Source: an uncultured Planctomycetales bacterium (GTDB lineage: Bacteria > Planctomycetota > Phycisphaerae > UBA1845 > JAFGLZ01). Taken from it: a DNA stretch of 38,580 nt. Position 1 is the stretch's first letter, and every line of letters begins with the position of its first letter. Under the pieces are notes generated by a model, which did no database searches, had not been told where the DNA came from, and saw only the letters and a program-made list of their open reading frames with translations. Positions 18,605 to 27,461 of this stretch are shown piece after piece. Made by a program: the position numbers and the translations under genes. The stretch lies in the NCBI GenBank assembly GCA_964550865.1, contig CAZKCX010000002.1, positions 1 through 38,580 of the forward strand. The letters are read 5' to 3'.

Positions 18605-19249
18605 ATGAGCAGAACGCTGATCTGCGTGTTGTGCGGTATGGGATTGATGCTCGCCGGGTGCAACGACTCGAGCTCCTCGACGACGACGGACAGTGAGGAC
18701 GCCGCCAAGCCCGAGCCCCGGGCCGCCAAGCCCTCCGCCGAAGTCGAGAAGGATCCCAAGCCTGTTGTCGTCATGGAGACCACCAAAGGCACGATCACGA
18801 TCGAGCTGGATCGGACGAAGGCCCCCGTGACCGTGGCCAACTTCCTGCAGTATGTGGATGACGGCTTCTACGCCGGGACGATCTTCCATCGCGTCATGCC
18901 GGAGTTCATGATCCAGGGCGGAGGCTTCACGCCCGGCATGAATCGCAAGCCCACGCGTCGTCCGATCAAGAACGAGGCCAAGAACGGCCTGAAGAACAAG
19001 CGCGGCACGATCGCGATGGCGCGGACGGGGGATCCGCATTCGGCCACCGCGCAGTTCTTCATCAACGTCGTGGACAACGCCGCCCTTGACTACCCCTCGC
19101 GGGACGGTTGGGGCTACTGCGTGTTCGGCAAGGTCGTCGACGGCATGGACGTGGTGGACAAGATCAAGTCCGTCGAGACGGGAACGGAGGGGCAGTATAA
19201 GAATGTTCCGAAAGAGGACGTCATCATCAAGAGCGTCAAGCGCAAGTGA
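18605..19249 (+). CDS. peptidylprolyl isomerase, cyclophilin type, lipoprotein
   Basis: AGGAG lies upstream of ATG 18605. Lipobox 'LMLAGC' is followed by a Ser/Thr/Asp linker. Cyclophilin blocks '[14 protein letters not shown]' and '[21 protein letters not shown]'. Confidence 0.9.
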   Translation: MSRTLICVLCGMGLMLAGCNDSSSSTTTDSEDAAKPEPRAAKPSAEVEKDPKPVVVMETTKGTITIELDRTKAPVTVANFLQYVDDGFYAGTIFHRVMPEFMIQGGGFTPGMNRKPTRRPIKNEAKNGLKNKRGTIAMARTGDPHSATAQFFINVVDNAALDYPSRDGWGYCVFGKVVDGMDVVDKIKSVETGTEGQYKNVPKEDVIIKSVKRK

Positions 19250-19311
19250 GCCAATCCAGCGGCGCGATCGGGCAAGGCGTGCCGTGCAGCCGAGCAAGAA
19301 GGGAGTCGAAG

Positions 19312-19815
19312 ATGGCAGACGGAAACCCGACCGTGGTCATGGATACGTCGATGGGCAAGATCACCGTCGAACTGGACGAGGTCAAGGCCCCCGAAACGGT
19401 CAAGAACTTCCTGGCCTATGTGGATGAGGGGTTCTACGACGGAACCATCTTTCACCGCGTCATCCCGAACTTCATGATTCAGGGCGGAGGCATGGAGCCG
19501 GGCTTGCAGCAGAAGCCCACGCAGTCTCCCGTCAAGAACGAGGCCAACAACGGCCTGAAGAACCGCAAGGGCACGATCGCGATGGCTCGCACCGCGGATC
19601 CGCACTCGGCGACCGCGCAATTCTTCATCAACGTCCGGGACAACGACTTCCTCGACTATCCCGGCCAGGATGGCTGGGGCTATTGCGTCTTCGGTGAGGT
19701 CGTCGAGGGTCTGGACGTGGTCGAGAAGATCAAGGACGTGCCCACAACTACCAAACGCCCGTTCGAAGACGTACCGGTGGACGACGTCGTCATTCAGTCG
19801 GTGCGGAGGCAGTAG
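19312..19815 (+). CDS. peptidylprolyl isomerase, cyclophilin type, cytoplasmic
   Basis: '[14 protein letters not shown]' and '[21 protein letters not shown]', with no signal peptide. Start at MADGNP (ATG 19312). Confidence 0.9.
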   Translation: MADGNPTVVMDTSMGKITVELDEVKAPETVKNFLAYVDEGFYDGTIFHRVIPNFMIQGGGMEPGLQQKPTQSPVKNEANNGLKNRKGTIAMARTADPHSATAQFFINVRDNDFLDYPGQDGWGYCVFGEVVEGLDVVEKIKDVPTTTKRPFEDVPVDDVVIQSVRRQ

Positions 19816-21853
19816 GCTTTGCGCTGGTTCGGGTCGTTCCTCCCCCGAGGAGCTCGCCCAGGGTGCGAGTTCTTTCCGCGAAGAGAGCGTTCGTCGGGGC
19901 GGACTCGGTGAGACGCTTGTAGAGACGTCGCGCCCGCTCGAGGGCGTGGCGGTTCCGGCATGCCTGGCCGAAATGAAGGAGCTTCTCCGCCACGAGAACG
20001 GGTCGCGTGCCCGTCGATTCCGCCTCCAGTCGCCCAACCGCCTCGTCGGCCAGATCGCAACGGTTCACCGAGACGAACAGGTCCACGAGCCGGCCCAGCC
20101 ACTCGGGGTCGCTCTCCCCGCTTGTGAGCATCTGCCGACCCGCCCAGATCGCCTCACCATCCCGACCTCGTTCGAGGTAGTAGGGCAAGAGCAGTCGCAT
20201 CGGATGGCAGTGATCCAGGAGCAGCGTGGTATTGCTGCGACGACCGTCGCGTTCGTACTCCGCCAGCCGAGCGCGGAGGTCATGCTCGAAGTGCTCCAGG
20301 GCGCGATCGAATCGCGCCTGATCCTCGGAAAGCAGACAGGCGACCGCATAGGCGAATCGAAGGTACGGTTGATGCGCTTCGCGATAGCCGAAGAGGTCCA
20401 GATTGCTCAGCGGAGCGAGCAAGGCCAGGGCCAAGAGCGCGACGCCCAACCTGCGGGGGTTCGTTCGGTTCGCCGCGAGTCGAAGGATCTCCACCACGGC
20501 ATAGGCGGCGAAGAGGACCAGCAGATGGACCATCGGGAGGCGGAAACGCGTGTTGACGATGAAGAGAATGGCGGGCAACGCCAGCGACGCGACCATCGCG
20601 GCGAGGTAGATCACACCGGTACCCCGCGGCTTGCGCGTCAGGGCCAGGCCGATTCCCACCAATCCCAGCGGGGCGACGATGCCGTAGTGAAAGTACGATA
20701 AGGCCGTCAGCACCTCGCTGAAACGGAGGAAGTGGTAGAGGTCCTTGTTGCTCGGGTATTCGTAGGCGTTGAAGAGCCAGCAGAGCCGTCGCAGGGCATG
20801 TCGCGCGAACCAGCCCGGGTGTTCACGAAGGTACGCGAAGCCCTCTCGGGCGAGCAGCGCGCTGAACTCACCTCGTGTCGGCTCGCGGCCCAGCTTTGCC
20901 TCCGTGTAGCGGTAGGCGTTCGCGAAGTTCAGACAGCACCGGGCCCACGGTTCGTTCGTATCGAGCGTCGATTCCTCGAGGAAGACCGATTCGTCCACGA
21001 GCAGCGGCCCGTCCTTGCTGTCCGAATGCGGGTTGTTGGCCACGTGGACATTAAGCCCGCCGTAGGCGCCGAGAAGGACCCACTCGCCGCCGACGATGCG
21101 GTTTCGGAGGGTCACGGGCAGCACGGCGGCGCAGCATCCGACGGTCAGCAGACCCGCGGCGAGGACGCCTCGCCCGAACGTTCCACCGCGGGCGGAAGAC
21201 ATCCCCTTCGTTTCGTCGGACGCGGCGCGGTGTGTCTGTCGTCCTCGACGCCACGGGTGGACAAAGACGATCAACGCCAACAGCGGCGCGTACGCCAGGA
21301 TATTGGGCCGCGTGATCGCGCCCAGTCCCAGCACGGCTCCGCAGCACAGCCACTTCCAACGGCTGCGATCGTCCCACGCCACCAAGAGGTAGGCCAAGAG
21401 CATATAGAACAGACAGGCGAGGGCGGTATCGAGCAACTCGGCGCTGAAGAACACGAACGTCCAGAAGACGGCCGTCCAGAGGCCCGCGATGAGTCCGACG
21501 ATCCACCCGAACAGATGCCGCGCCGTCAGGCCGGCCAGCATCGGCGTCAGGGAGACCAGGATCGTCTGCACAAGGCGGGCGCGGTTCGAATCCTCCCCGA
21601 ACACCGCATAGACACCGGCCAGGAAGTACGTATACAGCGGCGCCTTGTAGTAGCTCGCCTCGGGCACACGGTCGTGAAGGATCGCCAGGGCGAACTCGTG
21701 ATTGCCGCGCTCGTCGAGCGTCGGGTGCTGATAGAGCGGGTCGTCGTGGACCTCATGGAAGACGGCCAGTCGAATGGCAACCGCAACGCCGAAGAGAACA
21801 ATGGCGAGAATCAGCGTCCGGCCGACAGAGCCGTTCAAGCTAGCATTGGCCAT
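19790..21853 (-). CDS. GT-C fold glycosyltransferase (GT39/PMT-ArnT-like) with C-terminal TPR-like helical repeats, copy 1
   Basis: Multi-TM N-terminal domain with the first-loop acidic motif '[12 protein letters not shown]', plus '[18 protein letters not shown]' and '[17 protein letters not shown]'. The C-terminal ~230 aa are a soluble helical repeat. ATG 21853 overlaps the stop of the upstream rSAM gene by 14 nt. Confidence 0.8.
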   Translation of the reverse strand: MANASLNGSVGRTLILAIVLFGVAVAIRLAVFHEVHDDPLYQHPTLDERGNHEFALAILHDRVPEASYYKAPLYTYFLAGVYAVFGEDSNRARLVQTILVSLTPMLAGLTARHLFGWIVGLIAGLWTAVFWTFVFFSAELLDTALACLFYMLLAYLLVAWDDRSRWKWLCCGAVLGLGAITRPNILAYAPLLALIVFVHPWRRGRQTHRAASDETKGMSSARGGTFGRGVLAAGLLTVGCCAAVLPVTLRNRIVGGEWVLLGAYGGLNVHVANNPHSDSKDGPLLVDESVFLEESTLDTNEPWARCCLNFANAYRYTEAKLGREPTRGEFSALLAREGFAYLREHPGWFARHALRRLCWLFNAYEYPSNKDLYHFLRFSEVLTALSYFHYGIVAPLGLVGIGLALTRKPRGTGVIYLAAMVASLALPAILFIVNTRFRLPMVHLLVLFAAYAVVEILRLAANRTNPRRLGVALLALALLAPLSNLDLFGYREAHQPYLRFAYAVACLLSEDQARFDRALEHFEHDLRARLAEYERDGRRSNTTLLLDHCHPMRLLLPYYLERGRDGEAIWAGRQMLTSGESDPEWLGRLVDLFVSVNRCDLADEAVGRLEAESTGTRPVLVAEKLLHFGQACRNRHALERARRLYKRLTESAPTNALFAERTRTLGELLGGGTTRTSAKPTASAPTE

Positions 21854-23273
21854 CACGGTGGAAGAGCCCTTTGGTGATGCGATGTGCGTAGATGGGCAAG
21901 TAATAAGGCAGCCGCAGCGGCTGCGGGTAGTCGCGCGCAATACGGTAGATGCGCGCGGGATTCAAGAAGAACTGGCGGTTGGCCTTTCGCTGATACGCGA
22001 ACAGCACCTCGTCCGGGACCTCGGACAGGTTGACGTTGATGAGGGCGAAGTCCGTGTCGTCGTAGTTCACGTGAGCCAACTTCTCGGGGTGCAGGCGCTG
22101 GACCTCTTCATACAATCTCGTGTTGGGGAAGGGCATGACGGTGAAGAACGAGGCCGTATGCAGCTTGGAATTGCAGGCCACGTCCAGCGTCATCTGCAGG
22201 TCTTCCTCGGTCTCCGTCGGAAAGCCCAGCATCGCGAAGCCGTTGGCGAAGACGCCGCGCCGGACGGCCATCTCGACGCCTTCGAGGAACCTCGGGATGT
22301 TCAGGCGCTTGCCGGTGTACTGCTGTACCCGCGGTGAGCCGGCCTCCAAGGCGAAGCTGGAGAAATACAGGCCCGTATCCACCAACGCGTCGACGACCTC
22401 TTGCGTGAGGATGTCCGTTCGCACCGCGTTCGGAAAAGCGATCTTGAACTTCAGGCCGCGGCGCTGCGCGGTCTCGGCGAACTCGATCACACGCTGCTTG
22501 TCCAGATTGAAGATGTCGTCCACGAACTCCACGTCGTCGATGCCGTAGGCCTTCTGGTAGTGCTCGATCTCGTCCACAATGCGCTCGGCGGAGTGCGCGC
22601 GAAAACGCTTGCCGAAGATCTTGTGGCACCACATGCAGTGGTAGGGGCAGCCGCGGCTGCTCGTCAGCGAGATGTACTTTCGCCGCACGATCGGGGGCAT
22701 GGACTGGAGCTTCCAGTAGCGGGAAACGTCGATCAGGTCATAGGCGGGAAAGGGCAGGGAGTCCAGATCCTCGATGAGGGGGATTTGCCCTTGATTGCGT
22801 ACGATGTCGCCGTCGGGGGTTCGCCAGATGAGCCCGGGAATCTCGGCGAAGTCTCCCCCCTCATATCGTGCCCGGAGGATCGCCTCGAATGCCCGCTCAC
22901 CCTCGCCCACCACGGCAGCGTCGGCCACCGTATCCTCGAGCACCCGCTCCTGGAATGAGGAGGTATGGGGCCCGCCGACCAGGATCAGGGCTTCCGGCAA
23001 GGCCCGGCGGATCTTCTCGGACATCGGCCCGACGGTGTGGGCGCACGTCGTGATGGCGCCGAACCCGACGATGTCGGCCCCGAAGTCGATGGCCTCTTGG
23101 ACGATTTCGTCCTCGGTCTGGTCCTCGGCCCGCTGGTTGATGAGCCGGACGTCCAGGTCGAACCGCTCACGGAGGTAGCCGGCCAGGTAGAGGATGCCCA
23201 TCGGCGGTGTCGTAAACGGATAGGTCACCGTACGGTGCCCGACGTTGACCAGAAACAGTTTCAACCGCCTCAT
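21840..23273 (-). CDS. B12-binding-domain radical SAM protein (class B-like), copy 1
   Basis: N-terminal B12-binding-like block 'TTPPMGILYLAGYLR...ILVGGPHTS'. Radical SAM cluster motif 'SSRGCPYHCMWC' (CxxxCxxC). No SPASM-type Cys clusters. ATG 23273 (MRRLKL) is preferred over GTG 23282. Confidence 0.85.
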   Translation of the reverse strand: MRRLKLFLVNVGHRTVTYPFTTPPMGILYLAGYLRERFDLDVRLINQRAEDQTEDEIVQEAIDFGADIVGFGAITTCAHTVGPMSEKIRRALPEALILVGGPHTSSFQERVLEDTVADAAVVGEGERAFEAILRARYEGGDFAEIPGLIWRTPDGDIVRNQGQIPLIEDLDSLPFPAYDLIDVSRYWKLQSMPPIVRRKYISLTSSRGCPYHCMWCHKIFGKRFRAHSAERIVDEIEHYQKAYGIDDVEFVDDIFNLDKQRVIEFAETAQRRGLKFKIAFPNAVRTDILTQEVVDALVDTGLYFSSFALEAGSPRVQQYTGKRLNIPRFLEGVEMAVRRGVFANGFAMLGFPTETEEDLQMTLDVACNSKLHTASFFTVMPFPNTRLYEEVQRLHPEKLAHVNYDDTDFALINVNLSEVPDEVLFAYQRKANRQFFLNPARIYRIARDYPQPLRLPYYLPIYAHRITKGLFHRDGQC

Positions 23274-23412
23274 GGAAGGCACCTAAGGCAGCATTGCCCG
23301 TCGACAGATGAGCAACGTTCAGCAGATGCGGTTAAGGCTCGCCCCCAGGCACGAGTCGCCCAAACGCAAGAAAACGTGCATAATCCGATGGTAGTTTTGG
23401 GCCCGTCCAGAG

Positions 23413-25407
23413 TCAAGATTGCCCCTTTCGTGCTGCAGCGCGATCGGACGGGCTCGTGGTGGAGAACCGCTCCGCCGCGAGCAAGCTGCGAATCTCCTCC
23501 AGCCGTTCATGATACTTCAATTCCGCGGGATACCTTGCCACCAGCTGCTTGAAGCACCGCCGGGCCTCGAGGAGCGCCTGGCGATCCTCGTACTCCCTGG
23601 CAAACTCCAGGAGGGCCTCGGCCACGAAGCTCGGATCCGCCGGCAACGCTCCCTGATTCAACAAGGCAAGGAGGTTTCGGGCCGCCGTCCGACTGTCGGC
23701 CTTCATCAGCGTGCGGAAGGCTCGAGGGGCGGCATGGGCGTCGAGGCGTCGCGTCTCGATGAGCCTCTGCGCGTAGTGGACGGCCTTGGAGAGAGGCCCG
23801 TTCCGATCGAAGTAGTCGTACAGACAGAAGAGCGCGTGGCCGTGCCTGCCCCCACCCTCGACCTGCATCGCCATGGAGGTTTCGATGCGCTCGATCATCT
23901 CCGCCATCTCTTCCCCTCGTCCCGTCGCGCCGCACGCCGCCGCGTAGATGAACATGAGATACGGGTGGCAATGCGGTCGGTAGCCGAAGAGATTGGCGTT
24001 GCTGAAGACGGCGGCTCCGGACAGAAACGCGGCGGCGAAGAAGGCCTTGCGACGTTGGACGCGCGGTCGACACCACTGCACGGTCCGCACGAGCCCGTAC
24101 GCTCCCAGGGGCGCGAGCATGCACACGATCGCCACACGAAACCGCGCGTTCACCAGAAAGAACATGCCCGGCACGATGAGCCCAAGGAGCGTTACCCAGT
24201 AGTAGACCAGGTGATTGGACCGGACCGCTCCGGCGACGGCCAGGGCGAACCCCAAGAGGATGAAGGGACACAGAACGCCGTAGTGAAACCAGCTCAGCCC
24301 GGCCAGCAGCGAGGAGAACTCGCGGAACTGGTACAGGTCCTTGTTGTCGGCGAACTCATAGGCGTTGAAGAACCAGCACAGGCGCTTCAGCGAATCGGTG
24401 ATGAACTTGTCCGGGTGGTTGCGGATGTACCGGGCGCCGAGCCGGAACATCTCCTCGTTCATCTCCCCTCGCGTGCAGGGGCGCCCCAGCTTCTGGCTCG
24501 TGAAGTCGCATCCGCTGCGATACGTGAAGCAATGGACGTTGTACGGATCGTTCGCGTCGAACACGCCCGACGGCTCGTAGTTCGGTAGGCCGAAGAGCTC
24601 GACGTTCTTGGCGTCCGCCTCGACGTTGTTGGCCAGATAGAAGTTCACTCCACCGTACGCGCCGATGAGCACCCACTCTCCGCCCACGACGCGGTTCCGA
24701 ATCGTCACGGGCAAGACGACGAGACAGCAGCCGAGCGCCAGTCCCAGAACGCGCTTCGCCGCCGGCAGCACCCACACTCGCCGCAAGCCGCGGAGATCTC
24801 GCCAGGTCGTCCCCACGACGGTGATCGCCAGCAGGGGCGCTACAGCCAGGATGTTGGGCCTCGTGATCGCGCCGAGCCCCATGGCGATGCCGCAGAGGAG
24901 CCATTTCCACCGATGGTCATCCGGCACGCGGACGAGCAGCACGACGGTCAGCAGGTAGAACGCGCCTCCGATGGCCACGTCCAGCAGCTCTACGCTGAAG
25001 AAGACGAAGGTCCAGAACAGCGTCCCGAGCAGCCCCGCCACAACGTCGGTCGGGCGCCCGAAAAGGGCCTGGGCGATCAGAAACGTGAGCGGCGCCCAGA
25101 GCGCCGCGACGAACACCTGGAGGAGACGCGCGATGTCCGGCTCGCGACCGAAGGCGTGGTAGACGCCCATCAGGTACCACAGGTACAGGGGCGCCTTGAG
25201 ATAGGCCTTGGGTGGGGCCGTGCCCTCAAGATGGGCCACCGCGACATGGTGGTTGGTCTTCTCGTCGAGCGTCAGCCATTCGTAGAGGGGATTGTCGCCG
25301 ACTTGCCACAGGTAGACCAGGCGGACGGACAGCGCGAGAACGTAGATCGCCAGAAACCACAGAAGCGTTCGGCGTCGTGACGAAGCGTTGCTAGCACTGC
25401 TTGTCAC
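23413..25407 (-). CDS. GT-C fold glycosyltransferase (GT39/PMT-ArnT-like) with C-terminal TPR-like helical repeats, copy 2
   Basis: Paralogue of 19790-21853, sharing 'WLTLDEKTNHH', 'LKAPLYLWYLMGVYHAFG', '[17 protein letters not shown]' and 'NRVVGGEWVLIGAYGG'. GTG start at 25407 overlaps the stop of the upstream rSAM gene by 17 nt. Confidence 0.8.
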   Translation of the reverse strand: MTSSASNASSRRRTLLWFLAIYVLALSVRLVYLWQVGDNPLYEWLTLDEKTNHHVAVAHLEGTAPPKAYLKAPLYLWYLMGVYHAFGREPDIARLLQVFVAALWAPLTFLIAQALFGRPTDVVAGLLGTLFWTFVFFSVELLDVAIGGAFYLLTVVLLVRVPDDHRWKWLLCGIAMGLGAITRPNILAVAPLLAITVVGTTWRDLRGLRRVWVLPAAKRVLGLALGCCLVVLPVTIRNRVVGGEWVLIGAYGGVNFYLANNVEADAKNVELFGLPNYEPSGVFDANDPYNVHCFTYRSGCDFTSQKLGRPCTRGEMNEEMFRLGARYIRNHPDKFITDSLKRLCWFFNAYEFADNKDLYQFREFSSLLAGLSWFHYGVLCPFILLGFALAVAGAVRSNHLVYYWVTLLGLIVPGMFFLVNARFRVAIVCMLAPLGAYGLVRTVQWCRPRVQRRKAFFAAAFLSGAAVFSNANLFGYRPHCHPYLMFIYAAACGATGRGEEMAEMIERIETSMAMQVEGGGRHGHALFCLYDYFDRNGPLSKAVHYAQRLIETRRLDAHAAPRAFRTLMKADSRTAARNLLALLNQGALPADPSFVAEALLEFAREYEDRQALLEARRCFKQLVARYPAELKYHERLEEIRSLLAAERFSTTSPSDRAAARKGQS

Positions 25408-27049
25408 GTTTCAGGAACCCCTTGGTCGCGCGCTCCAGGAAGATGGGCAGATAGTACGGAAGCAACAGCGGCTGCGGGTAGTCGCGAACGATGCGGAGCA
25501 TGCGCGACGCCCTCAGGAAGAACTCGCGGTTCGCCTTCCGCTGGAAGCTGAACAGGACGTCGTCGGGCTCGTCGGAGAGGTTCACGCGAATCGTCGCGAA
25601 GTTCGTGTCGCTGTACTGAATCGGCTTGAGCCGTTCGGGCGTGCGTTCCTTGACGAGCTGGTACAGCCGCGTATTCGGAAACGGGGTGACGGTGAAGAAC
25701 GAGGCCGTGTGCAGTCGGGAGTTGACCATCGTGTCGATGGTCATCTGCATCTCCTTCTCGGTCTCGGTCGGGAAGCCGAGCATGGCGAATCCGTTCGTGA
25801 ACACGCCCTTCTTCTCCATCATCTCGACGCCGTTCAGGAACTTCGGGATGTTGAGCCGTTTGCCGGTGAACTCCTGAAGCCGCGGGGAACCGGTCTCCAG
25901 GGCGAAGCTGCACCAGAAGAGATCCATGCTGGCCAGCGCATCGACCACGTCTTCGGTGAGGATGTCCGTCCGAACGGCGTTCGGCAGGGCAATCTTCACG
26001 CGCAGGTTCTTCTTGTGGACCAAATCGGCGACGTCCACGACGCGCTTCCGATCCATGTTGAAGATGTCATCGAGGAACTCGACGTCGTTGATGCGGTACT
26101 TCTTCGTGAAGTACTCCATCTCGTCGACGATGCGCTCGGCCGAGTGGGCCCGAAAACGCTTGCCGAAAATCTTGTGGCACCACATGCACTGGTACGGACA
26201 ACCGCGGCTGCTCACCAGCGAGATGTATTTGCGCCGGGCCACGGGCGGCATGGACTGGAGCCGCCAGTACGCCGGGACGCTCAGCAGATCGTAGGCGGGC
26301 ATGGGCAGCGAATCGAGGTCTTCGATCATCGGCATCTGACCGGAATTGCGGATGATCGTGCCGTCCTGGTCGCGCCACATCAAACCAGGGATCGTGCTGA
26401 AGTCGCCGTTGTCGTCGAGATACGCGTTGAGGATCGCTTCGAAGGCCAACTCGCCCTCGCCCATGACGGCGGCATCCGCATCCGCCTGCTCGAAGACCTT
26501 CTCCTCGAACGCGGAGGTGTGGGGCCCGCCCAACAGGATGAGTGCGTTGGGCCTCCCCTGGCGAATGGTCCGAGTGAGCTCGCTGATCTGATGTGCGGCC
26601 GGGGTCATCACGGTGAAGCCGACGACATCCGGCTCGAACTTGATGGCTTCTTGGGCCAATTCCTGGGTGGTGTAGTTCTCGACCTTCTGGTTGATCAGTT
26701 TGATCTTCAGGTCGAACTTCGTCCGCAGGTACGCCGCCAAGTAGAGAATGCCCATCGGCGGCGTGGTGAGGGGATACGTCGTGCTTCTTCGCGCGACGTT
26801 CGCGAGAAAGAGCCGCAGCGGTCGCGTGGCCCTGGCCGGTCGCTTGGGTTGTGTCTTGCTCATTCTCGCCGCGCTCGCCGGGCTTTCGTCCGAAGACGAT
26901 TTGTCAGTGGTCTCACTGGGAGTCAGCGCGTTCGTGCCGCCATGCGTACCCGAATGAATCAAGCGAGTCCTCGCCTCAGCGAAAACCCGATCGACGTCCG
27001 CATCGACCGATCGCACGGCCCGTCTTCCCGCCTTGGAGTCATCGGTCAT
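25391..27049 (-). CDS. B12-binding-domain radical SAM protein (class B-like), copy 2, with N-terminal extension
   Basis: Paralogue of 21840-23273, with 'TTPPMGILYLAAYLR' and 'SSRGCPYQCMWCHKIFGKRFRAHSAERIVDE' nearly identical to copy 1. ATG 27049 (MTDDSK) has GGAGAGGAGGG 6 nt upstream. Alternative internal start at 26863. Confidence 0.85.
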   Translation of the reverse strand: MTDDSKAGRRAVRSVDADVDRVFAEARTRLIHSGTHGGTNALTPSETTDKSSSDESPASAARMSKTQPKRPARATRPLRLFLANVARRSTTYPLTTPPMGILYLAAYLRTKFDLKIKLINQKVENYTTQELAQEAIKFEPDVVGFTVMTPAAHQISELTRTIRQGRPNALILLGGPHTSAFEEKVFEQADADAAVMGEGELAFEAILNAYLDDNGDFSTIPGLMWRDQDGTIIRNSGQMPMIEDLDSLPMPAYDLLSVPAYWRLQSMPPVARRKYISLVSSRGCPYQCMWCHKIFGKRFRAHSAERIVDEMEYFTKKYRINDVEFLDDIFNMDRKRVVDVADLVHKKNLRVKIALPNAVRTDILTEDVVDALASMDLFWCSFALETGSPRLQEFTGKRLNIPKFLNGVEMMEKKGVFTNGFAMLGFPTETEKEMQMTIDTMVNSRLHTASFFTVTPFPNTRLYQLVKERTPERLKPIQYSDTNFATIRVNLSDEPDDVLFSFQRKANREFFLRASRMLRIVRDYPQPLLLPYYLPIFLERATKGFLKRDKQC

Positions 27050-27270
27050 CTGATTCCCTCCTCTCCGACCACCGACGATTTGAGGGGCCGGTCCGTTGAC
27101 TTCGCGGGCCAAGTCCACGCCGGTGTACACACCGTGCGATGCGCCGATACCACCGCCCTATACGAAGTTCATGCTCTGCCATTCGGTTGCGGTGGGTGTT
27201 TCCGGTGGGTTCCTTCCCCGCGCACCGGCGCAACTCCAGTCGGCTCCGCCCAGGAGATGTGGCACATATG

Positions 27271-27299
27271 ACTCTATGCCTAACACCCGTCTCTGTCAA
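27271..27299 (-). promoter_or_regulatory. near-consensus sigma70-type promoter for the rSAM/GT-C array
   Basis: On the minus strand: TTGACA (27299-27294), a 17-nt spacer, then TAGAGT (27276-27271). It lies in a locally AT-richer patch about 220 nt upstream of ATG 27049. Confidence 0.55.
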
Positions 27300-27461
27300 G
27301 AATTCCCCACCGACGGCGATGCGCGCTAACTGATTATCGGCGGAAAGGATACGCGTTGTCTCTCCCCACGGACTTCTGCACGTACTCCCCAGACGCGACT
27401 GCGGAGTCGTCTGATCCGTTGCCCGGTTCCATTCGTGACGCGTTCCCGCGCACCTGATAAG

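Noticed and set aside
25388-27271. 627-aa plus-strand ORF opposite rSAM copy 2; the 22401-22958, 22965-23552 and 23419-24588 ORFs are similar cases
   Set aside because: They are antisense to genes with unambiguous radical SAM or GT-C motifs, and their composition is dominated by Arg, Gly, Ala and Asp.
27050-27435. Small precursor-peptide (RiPP) gene upstream of the radical SAM genes
   Set aside because: The rSAM proteins lack SPASM/twitch Cys clusters and have a B12-binding domain instead. The minus-strand ORFs here (27039-27578 and 27326-27514) are Arg-rich, lack an RBS, and overlap the leader or the divergent gene.
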